Assembly: GCA_021734645.1 (NCBI GenBank)
Contig: JAIPIQ010000002.1
Location: 1 to 50,707, forward strand
DNA: 50,707 nt
Source: Fidelibacterota bacterium
GTDB lineage: Bacteria > Verrucomicrobiota > Kiritimatiellia > JAIPIQ01
Direction of reading: 5' to 3'
Numbering within the stretch: the first letter of the stretch is position 1; every line of letters begins with the position of its first letter. The notes under the pieces were generated by a model. That model was not told the origin of the DNA. It saw nothing but the letters and a program-made list of their open reading frames with translations, and did not search any database. Shown piece by piece: positions 44,639 to 50,707 of this stretch. The translations under genes and the position numbers were made by a program.

Positions 44639-45187
44639 TCATACGTTGAGCGGAACATCTGGATCGTGAAGTTGAAGTTTATTGGCGATAGTATGCCATA
44701 CTCCATCATTCAAGACGCCTCTCCTCCTCCACAGCTTCAGGTCAGTCAGGCCATCATACGATGAAAGTAGGGCGATCTGAAGAACTATGAATGCGGTGCT
44801 TTCAGGATCAATGCCCTCAAATATCTGTTGTCGGATTTCTTCCGGTAGTCGCCGGGCGTTTCCTCCAATGGCGTCATGCAGTCTTTTCTCATTAGCTCTC
44901 GCGTCGTCCTTGCTTTCGCAAGGTATGATGTAGCGTTCAAACGTGTGATTTCCGAAGAGATGAAAGGCGCGAACAAGGAGCGCTTTTACGTGACAGGTCG
45001 TTCTCTGGCCTGCGTCATCGAAAATGACTTTGGCTCGGTTGGCCTTTCCGTGACCAACAACAATAGCCTCATCATCGCAGGCAAGGATGTAGACCATGTA
45101 TCCATCATGGGGAATATCGTTGACCTGCGCGGGAACAGAAAATCGCCCTTGATACAATCTTTCTAGAGTTTCTCGTGTCATCGTCAC
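44639..45187 (-). CDS. Hypothetical protein, possibly GIY-YIG-like
   Basis: 182 aa. GYMVYILACDDEAIVVGHGKANRAKV followed by ..ARANEKRLHDAIGG loosely fits the GIY-(x10)-YIG..R..E pattern. The call is weak. Confidence 0.45.
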   Translation of the reverse strand: MTMTRETLERLYQGRFSVPAQVNDIPHDGYMVYILACDDEAIVVGHGKANRAKVIFDDAGQRTTCHVKALLVRAFHLFGNHTFERYIIPCESKDDARANEKRLHDAIGGNARRLPEEIRQQIFEGIDPESTAFIVLQIALLSSYDGLTDLKLWRRRGVLNDGVWHTIANKLQLHDPDVPLNV

Positions 45188-45376
45188 CCTTTCATTATTT
45201 TACACGCCAGTTTAGCCTGCGGCGTTGACATTCGATGTCATAGTTGCGCTTGTATTTACACCTTTAGTTTAAAAACTTTAAGCTAAAGAGCCCCAGCATT
45301 CAAGATTATTTTCGCCCACGCTCGCGATGACAGCGCTTGTCAGGTTCAGGGTTATGCTGGGGGTACGCACGAGGCA

Positions 45377-45835
45377 ATGCATTTCGGGAAGGCCAGCGGG
45401 GCGGGCTGGCGTTGGGTGGTGGTATCAGGCGGGGGGTGTCGGGCGGTGCGGCGTTTGGCGGCTTGGTCGGCGGGGCGCGGTTGGTGTACGGCGTGGCGGG
45501 AAAAGGCGAAGTATTATCTAAAGCAGGCGGATTTCCATTTGCTGGTGGCGGGAGGGCAGGCGCGGGTGGCGCTCCGGGTGGCGGGGAAGCTGATTCTGGA
45601 GGTTGAGGGTTGCGCCAACCGGGACCCGGGAGCGTGGTGGCCGCGGATTCTGCTCTATGCGAATGCCCGCGCGCTCACGATCATTCACCGGGAGGCGGCT
45701 TGCCGCCAGGCCATGGGTATGATGGGTCGGCAACTGGCGGGTCATACGTCGCCCCAGGGATGTAACCGTTCACACTCAGGAAGGGGCGGGGTCGCCGCCC
45801 CCGCCTACAGTCCGGAAAACGTCGGTATTCTGTAG
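45377..45835 (+). CDS. Truncated PcfJ-like paralog (core domain only)
   Basis: 152 aa, nearly identical to residues ~33-150 of the 47780 protein. Similarity ends at ...GHTSPQG, and the last 26 codons plus the stop lie inside a 29-bp-stem hairpin. Confidence 0.45.
   Translation: MHFGKASGAGWRWVVVSGGGCRAVRRLAAWSAGRGWCTAWREKAKYYLKQADFHLLVAGGQARVALRVAGKLILEVEGCANRDPGAWWPRILLYANARALTIIHREAACRQAMGMMGRQLAGHTSPQGCNRSHSGRGGVAAPAYSPENVGIL
45404..45761. repeat. 358-bp direct repeat, copy 1
   Basis: It aligns without gaps to 47876-48233. My manual alignment finds about 22 mismatches (~94%), with only 2 in the last ~150 nt. Weaker similarity with indels extends upstream to about 45338 and 47779. Confidence 0.85.
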
Positions 45836-45858
45836 CCGGGGGCGGCGACCCCGCCCCT
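45782..45858. repeat. Long GC-rich hairpin (REP-like or terminator) at the truncation point of repeat copy 1
   Basis: Arm AGGGGCGGGGTCGCCGCCCCCGCCTACAG (45782-45810) pairs with arm CTGTAGCCGGGGGCGGCGACCCCGCCCCT (45830-45858). That is 29 bp with one mismatch and a 19-nt loop. Confidence 0.8.
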
Positions 45859-46059
45859 CATGACGTTGGCCTGCGCCTACGAGCACTGGATCTCAATGAC
45901 GCTGCCCCCCAAAAAACGCACCCCGTGAACGGCTACGATCTGGGAAGGCGATCCGTTCCTCGATATTGACCTCCATACGGCCCTCAGATAGCTTACCCAC
46001 CATGACATGCAATGTCCTCCCCATCTGGTAGGTTGCGTGGATAAACCAAAGGAGCAAGC

Positions 46060-46863
46060 GTGAGCATTCGCATCTACGGGAAGATTCGCAAGACTATCAA
46101 GGGGAATAAGCCCAATCCGTTCTATTGCGATTGGCGACCGGACGAGAGGTGGCGGATGGTGAACATCACAACCGCCAGTCCGGAATGGGGGCGGGCGCTG
46201 TCGCCGATGTTCGTGGGGCCGGTGGAGATTCCGGGTGTGGATCCTGCGGCGACGGCGGTCAACATCGAGAGCGCATGGCAATATTCGAAGGCCTATGGGT
46301 GGGTGCAGAACCAGCAGGGGCAATGGGAGCGGCACGTGGGCGCGGATTTGAACCCCACGCCCGAATGGTGGGCGTTTGCCCGGGCGGGATGGGCGCAGAC
46401 TCGGTTCGACGTGAACCATCCGGACTTCAAGGCGTGGAAAGGCGTGTTGCGTCGGCCCGTGGTGAGGTTGCCGAAGGCCAAGGAAAAGCCGCAGCCGACC
46501 TTTGCGTGGTGGAACGGACGGCGGATCACCTATATCGAGGGCCGCCAGGCGGTCTATGGCCAGCTCTATTGCGACTTGATCGTCAAAACGGAGGCTTTTG
46601 GTCGCCTGAAGGCGATGCACGACCGGGGCGACGACATCGCGCTGTTCGACTTCGACGGCACCGACCATATCGGCCTGGGCCGGAGTTACGAGGATCTGCT
46701 GAACGATCCCGGCCGGCCGTTTGGACACGGGTTGCTGCTTTCCATGCTGCTGGAGGAGGTGAAACTCGCCGACCTTAAGATCCGGGAGGAGCACACCTTT
46801 GAGTATCAGCGGCAACACAATCTCCTTCGGCTCGACAGGGGGATGGCGGCCCGGCCGCAATAG
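46060..46863 (+). CDS. Hypothetical protein, possible NADAR/YbiA-like fold
   Basis: GTG start preceded by AAAGGAG. It is 267 aa. ALSPMFVGPVEIPG....NIESAWQYSKAY and the C-terminal GRPFGHGLLLSMLLEE loosely parallel the NADAR blocks (FSNF...P....SxEhyfQa.K ... G.N.LG..LM). The family call has low confidence. Confidence 0.5.
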   Translation: MSIRIYGKIRKTIKGNKPNPFYCDWRPDERWRMVNITTASPEWGRALSPMFVGPVEIPGVDPAATAVNIESAWQYSKAYGWVQNQQGQWERHVGADLNPTPEWWAFARAGWAQTRFDVNHPDFKAWKGVLRRPVVRLPKAKEKPQPTFAWWNGRRITYIEGRQAVYGQLYCDLIVKTEAFGRLKAMHDRGDDIALFDFDGTDHIGLGRSYEDLLNDPGRPFGHGLLLSMLLEEVKLADLKIREEHTFEYQRQHNLLRLDRGMAARPQ

Positions 46864-46893
46864 CCGGACCGCCGCCACTGGGAATGTCTGGGG

Positions 46894-47607
46894 TTATGGA
46901 GATAATGCGTTCTGGGCATCAATCAGCAGGCTTTGAACCTCGAAATGCTTGTAAACGGTGGCCATGAACAGGGCGTCAAAGCCATCATCATTGGTCATTT
47001 TGATGTTGGCTCCCGCCCTGAGCAGCATCTCCACGATCGGCGCGTTACCCGCTTCAGCCGCAAGACCCAGAGCGAATGCCCCGCTGCAATCCCGGGCATT
47101 TACGTCTGCGCCAGCCTTGATCAGCAACTCGACCACCTCGGGATGCTGCAGATAGGCGGCGCCGTGGAGGGGGGTGACGTCGTTGTCGTCTGTGATCCTG
47201 GGCTGGGCCCCCGCCTTGAGGAGCGCATCCACAATGTCATGATATCCCCGAACAGAAGCCAGATACAGGGCGGAGAGACCCTCATCGGCCTGGGCATTCA
47301 CATCCACACCGGCTATGATCAGCAACTCCACGATTTCCCGATACCCGCATTCGGCGGCGTATATCAGCGCGGTGCGCTCCGGGTATCCAGAGACCTCGTT
47401 GATATCTACCCTGGAAGCGATCAAAACCCGGCAAGATTCGAGATCCTCTTTGCGAACAGCTTCCAGCAGCGCAGTTGCAGGCTTCTCTGCGGGTTCGAAA
47501 TCCACAGATTCAATCTCCACTCCATCCTTCTCAGGGTGCTCGTTCCCATCGTTGGCTTCTTCCATTTCCATCTCCTTTTGGTTGTTCATGTCCAAGGGTC
47601 TTCTCAA
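46894..47607 (-). CDS. Ankyrin-repeat protein
   Basis: 237 aa with an acidic N-terminus and then about 5 ANK repeats (TALIYAAECGYREIVELLIIAGVDVNA, SALYLASVRGYHDIVDALLKAGA, TPLHGAAYLQHPEVVELLIKAGADVNA ...). Confidence 0.85.
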   Translation of the reverse strand: MRRPLDMNNQKEMEMEEANDGNEHPEKDGVEIESVDFEPAEKPATALLEAVRKEDLESCRVLIASRVDINEVSGYPERTALIYAAECGYREIVELLIIAGVDVNAQADEGLSALYLASVRGYHDIVDALLKAGAQPRITDDNDVTPLHGAAYLQHPEVVELLIKAGADVNARDCSGAFALGLAAEAGNAPIVEMLLRAGANIKMTNDDGFDALFMATVYKHFEVQSLLIDAQNALSP

Positions 47608-47779
47608 GATTTCAGATTCGAGCAGGTTGGCGCGGGCAAAGCGGGCGCCGGGGGTACCAGCGTGAACGATGACCCAGTTCTAGCATGCGTCGCTGACAAA
47701 GAGTGTCCTACCCCCCCGATTGCTGTGCCGGGCTGCGACTCTGTGAGATGCCGCGGGTTCTGATTCGCCGCGACATTGG

Positions 47780-48919
47780 TTGTCAATGGTCAGGGTTATG
47801 CTGGGCGGTATGAATGCAGCCATGGGTATTGCGGATGCGGGTGGTGGTGGGGTTGGCGGGGCAGATGGGGCCGGGGGCTGGCGTAGGGTGGTGGAATCGG
47901 GCGGGGGGTGTCGGGCGGTGCGGCGTTTGGCGGCGTGGTCGGCGGGGCGCGGTTGGTGTACGGCGTGGCGGGGAAAGGCGAAGTATTATCTGGAGCAGGC
48001 GGATTTTCATTTGCTGTTGGTGGAGGGGCAGGCGCAGGTGGCACTGCGGGTGGTGGGGAAGCTGATTGTCGAGGTTGAGGGTTGCGCCAACCGGGACCCG
48101 GGTGAGTGGTGGCCGCGGATTCTGCTCTATGCGAATGCCCGCGCGCTCACGATCATTCACCGGGAGGCGGCTTGCCGCCAGGCCATGGGTATGATGGGCC
48201 AGCAACTGGCGGGTCATACGTCGCCCCAGGGATTGGATGCGGCGCTGCGCCGGGACCCGGCGTTGGTGCAATATGTGGCGGACGGGATGGCGGGGAGCCC
48301 GTTGCTGCGTCCGGTGGTGTTGGCGGCCTGGCGGCGTTGCATTGCGGCGGATGCGGCCTGCGTCGGGCTGGCGGCGGCGGTGTTTCCGGGCGTGTTCCGG
48401 GGGACGCAGGCCTGGCGGCCGGGTTGGGAGGCGGCGCTGCAACTGGAGCCGACCACGATTGCCCAGCTTCCGCTGGACCGCCAGGCTGAGCTTGAGGACC
48501 CGGTGCTGGCGTGGTCGTATGCAATCGAGATGGAACCGTTGCTGTATGTCGGCTGCCCCGCGGGGTGGCGCGAGCAGGCGGTTGTGCGGGCGGCGCGTAT
48601 CGCCGGCTGGGTCGTATGCCTGAAGCGGAATCCGACGGCCTACCAGCGGTGCCCGCGGAATCTGAAATCGCTGCCGGAAATGGTGCAGGCGCATCGCGAG
48701 GGGTGGGTGCTCCGGCTGCGGAATTTTCCCCAGGACTATGTGCACTGCTCCCGTGTGTTGCAAAGGAATCCGGAGATCCGGGCCGCTTGGCGACAGGGGT
48801 GGTTGGGGCGGCTCTCGCTTGCGCTTGTGGGAGTAGCCTGGCGCAAGCAGGGGATTGCCGCGCAGCCGGACCCGATTTTCTGGAAGGGCAGGACAGCGTT
48901 TGTCAGTGTGATCTGTTAA
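47780..48919 (+). CDS. PcfJ-like core plus 32-aa-repeat protein (short paralog of 37939-40599)
   Basis: 379 aa with an uncertain start. It has the core GWCTAWRGKAKYYLEQADFHLLLVEGQAQVALRVVGKLIVEVEGCANRDPGEWWPRILLYANA. C-terminal repeats are CPRNLKSLPEMVQAHREGW and CSRVLQRNPEIRAAWRQGW. Confidence 0.6.
   Translation: MSMVRVMLGGMNAAMGIADAGGGGVGGADGAGGWRRVVESGGGCRAVRRLAAWSAGRGWCTAWRGKAKYYLEQADFHLLLVEGQAQVALRVVGKLIVEVEGCANRDPGEWWPRILLYANARALTIIHREAACRQAMGMMGQQLAGHTSPQGLDAALRRDPALVQYVADGMAGSPLLRPVVLAAWRRCIAADAACVGLAAAVFPGVFRGTQAWRPGWEAALQLEPTTIAQLPLDRQAELEDPVLAWSYAIEMEPLLYVGCPAGWREQAVVRAARIAGWVVCLKRNPTAYQRCPRNLKSLPEMVQAHREGWVLRLRNFPQDYVHCSRVLQRNPEIRAAWRQGWLGRLSLALVGVAWRKQGIAAQPDPIFWKGRTAFVSVIC
47876..48233. 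repeat. 358-bp direct repeat, copy 2
   Basis: See 45404-45761. Confidence 0.85.
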
Positions 48920-48946
48920 TATGGGCCGAAACATAAGGAGCTGGTT

Positions 48947-50077
48947 ATGGAGAGAATTCTGGCGGATGGACAATATCACTATGCGTTTCATGTGGTTGCG
49001 GCAGCGGGGCGGGCCAAGGATGTTGCTCAGACCCTGAAGGGTTGGAAGGCGAATATCCGGGCGGCGGCGGGGTTCGGGGTGGATTCTGTTGAGGCCCTGG
49101 CTGCGCGGGTTCAAATGATTCCGGGAGTCGCGCGGGTGATTCCGACGGGTCCCCGGTCGGCCTTGCCGCTGGCCTTGCGGATGGCCTGCGGCTTGACGGA
49201 TCGCAAAGGGGACTTTGTGTGTCACAAGGGAACCGGGTTTTTTGCGGAGCGGATTGTCGAGGAATTACGGGCCTGGAACATTGCCTTTCATCCGGCCCGC
49301 GATCTGAAGGGCGACATGCCTTTGGCGTTCATTGTCTTGGACCCCGCCAATCCCCGTGATCAGCAAAGCGCGGAGCTCTTTCCGCTCCCCCGAACCAGCT
49401 ACCAGCACCGGAGCCGCCATGCGGAAGAAATGATCGAGGGCGCCATGGCCGTGCTGCTGAACCGGGTGAATGATGGGATTCTGGAAACATCCCGTAAAAT
49501 GATGGACGCCCGAAAATTGGTTTCCCTGCGGATTCATGGATACTCCCGGCATGTGAAGTTCGAAGATTACCGGCCACTCTTGCCTCTGATCCACCACCTC
49601 ATCCTGGATTCCGGACATGGGTCCCTGCGTGAGACGGCTCGCGCCCTGAACATGGACCCCCCGAAGGGGTGGCCTGATGGGGGCGGCTTCCGGACCGAGT
49701 TTCTGGAAGAGATGGCGAAAAAACTTAATGAGATTGCCGGGAAATCCCTGCTCTACCTCTTCATTGTGAAGGGCCGGGACTCCCTATATGCGGTCGGGCG
49801 CGCGGGTTCGACGTACGTCCGGTTGTGTCCGGCTTTGCCCCCGGGGAGTGTGGCTGATCTTTCGGTCACGGCCCGCTCCCACGGTGCTTCAGTTGCGGCC
49901 GCGCTGGACCCGAAGCCGGCCTTCGAACTCGAGCCCCAAACCTTCCAGCCGGGCACCCAGGCGGGCTTGCAGGCGTTCGCCAACTGGGTGTACCGGGCGG
50001 CTTATCACGGGCTGTTGAACATTCCCTGGACCTGGCCCGAGCGCCCGTTTGACGTTCCGCGCCCCGCAGGGGGCTGA
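48947..50077 (+). CDS. Hypothetical protein
   Basis: 376 aa. AAGGAG lies 7 nt upstream. It starts 27 bp after the previous gene. Composition is normal and no family is recognised. Confidence 0.6.
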   Translation: MERILADGQYHYAFHVVAAAGRAKDVAQTLKGWKANIRAAAGFGVDSVEALAARVQMIPGVARVIPTGPRSALPLALRMACGLTDRKGDFVCHKGTGFFAERIVEELRAWNIAFHPARDLKGDMPLAFIVLDPANPRDQQSAELFPLPRTSYQHRSRHAEEMIEGAMAVLLNRVNDGILETSRKMMDARKLVSLRIHGYSRHVKFEDYRPLLPLIHHLILDSGHGSLRETARALNMDPPKGWPDGGGFRTEFLEEMAKKLNEIAGKSLLYLFIVKGRDSLYAVGRAGSTYVRLCPALPPGSVADLSVTARSHGASVAAALDPKPAFELEPQTFQPGTQAGLQAFANWVYRAAYHGLLNIPWTWPERPFDVPRPAGG

Positions 50078-50163
50078 TCATCGAGTGAGTGTCACCGGCG
50101 CGGGGATGAATGGGCTGCATTTCCGCTCCGGTTCAATAAGCAGCCCGCGTTAGGAGTAATGGG

Positions 50164-50331
50164 ATGGGATTCTGGAAAGTCTGTTTGCGCCCGAAAGTCG
50201 GCGCGCTTTTCTATGTTGTGATTCAGGCGCATACGGCCAAGGAAGCCGTGGACTATGCACTCGGCCGGTATGCCGGTTGCGTGCGATGGGGTTCGCCATC
50301 GCCGGCGCAAGGGCCGGAGCGCAGAATATGA
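50164..50331 (+). CDS. Possible 55-aa small protein
   Basis: It is below the track cutoff. AGGAG (50152-50156) lies 7 nt before the ATG. It translates to MGFWKVCLRPKVGALFYVVIQAHTAKEAVDYALGRYAGCVRWGSPSPAQGPERRI. Confidence 0.35.
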   Translation: MGFWKVCLRPKVGALFYVVIQAHTAKEAVDYALGRYAGCVRWGSPSPAQGPERRI

Positions 50332-50353
50332 ACTTCACCAAGGAGTATCTGGC

Positions 50354-50593
50354 ATGACTGGCAAGAGAATTCGGATCGTGATTGGCGTAGTTTTCATTCT
50401 GGCGGCCGTTCTGATATTTGCTGCCATGGCATTCGAGGGCCCGAGCGAAGTGATGATCCTGGCTGGGCTGGGCTCGCTGAGTGCCGGCATTCTGACCGCG
50501 GGCGGCAAAAAGGGCCTGCGCATTATCAAGAAGATACTCAACGTGCTGGTTGATATGGGGAGCGGGAATCCCCGCACCCGCATGAATCATTAA
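50354..50593 (+). CDS. Small membrane protein (two predicted TM segments)
   Basis: An internal ATG of the 112-aa ORF is preceded by AAGGAG (50340-50345). It reads MTGKRIRIVIGVVFILAAVLIFAAMAF...MILAGLGSLSAGILTAGG. A hairpin follows. Confidence 0.5.
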   Translation: MTGKRIRIVIGVVFILAAVLIFAAMAFEGPSEVMILAGLGSLSAGILTAGGKKGLRIIKKILNVLVDMGSGNPRTRMNH

Positions 50594-50606
50594 GCCGCGC
50601 AGCAGG

Positions 50607-50637
50607 CTCCGGCAGCCGCGCCAGGCGGCTGCCGGAG
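50607..50637 (+). terminator. Hairpin between convergent genes (intrinsic terminator candidate)
   Basis: CTCCGGCAGCCG (50607-50618) pairs with CGGCTGCCGGAG (50626-50637), a 12-bp perfect stem with a 7-nt loop, followed by TCCTTTCGTC. Confidence 0.55.
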
Positions 50638-50645
50638 TCCTTTCG

Positions 50646-50707
50646 TCAATCCGTGCGCAGGGTGTTCATATGGCGGCGGAGGATATCGCGGTAGCTGCTG
50701 AAGTGGG
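50646..50707 (-). CDS. 3' end of an unidentified minus-strand gene running off the window
   Basis: The open frame reads ...HFSSYRDILRRHMNTLRTD* with stop TGA (plus-strand TCA, 50646-50648). It is too short to classify. Confidence 0.25.
   Translation of the reverse strand, partial: HFSSYRDILRRHMNTLRTD

Noticed and set aside
45327-45606. Alternative-frame G/R-rich ORFs (45327-45521 and 45337-45606) and their twins at 47814-48065
   Set aside because: They lie within the direct repeat, in frames other than the one conserved with the 886-aa paralog. Their composition is Gly/Arg low-complexity.
47783-49225. 480-aa minus-strand ORF
   Set aside because: It is antisense to the PcfJ-like paralog and to the start of the next gene. 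It is extremely P/R-rich (..PRRPRRQTPHRPTPPARFHHPTPAPGP..) and lacks an RBS.

Overview
50.7-kb segment of a high-G+C bacterial chromosome. The taxon cannot be fixed from sequence alone, though the glycan-degrading gene content and the style of intergenic repeats resemble PVC-type lineages. Positions 1-28 kb are core genome around the replication origin. This part carries mnmG with two embedded parS-like palindromes, and dnaA-dnaN on the minus strand with DnaA-box clusters both between and upstream of them. It also carries a metE-like gene, a CsgG-like protein, RhaM, an Hpt protein, an AbiEii-type toxin pair and a disrupted NCS2 purine permease. Further core genes are an SSS transporter, a glycoside-hydrolase/URO-D-family/GH38 mannosidase cluster, and an operon mixing CheY-type regulators, a hybrid histidine kinase and an orphan GspE/PilB-type ATPase. 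From about 28.0 kb (just after an M24 peptidase gene) to the window end lies an accessory island of at least 22 kb with patchy, visibly lower G+C. It contains an ietAS-like AAA+/S8-protease pair, the eroded ends of a type III R-M system flanking a Fic gene, and a chymotrypsin-fold homolog with Ser->Ala at the nucleophile position next to a secreted protein. It also contains a small HTH regulator with a palindromic operator candidate and a stand-alone ClpX paralog whose zinc finger is replaced by a novel N-terminal region. The rest is a modular array of three PcfJ-like/32-aa-repeat proteins, ankyrin proteins (one with an in-frame amber codon), three OGG/HhH-like small proteins and several unknowns. 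That array includes a 358-bp direct repeat bracketing a 2-kb cassette. Many intergenic gaps are built from a shared set of short hairpin-forming repeat modules. I found no rRNA, tRNA, CRISPR array, integrase or transposase. Many long ORFs in the track are antisense artefacts of high G+C.
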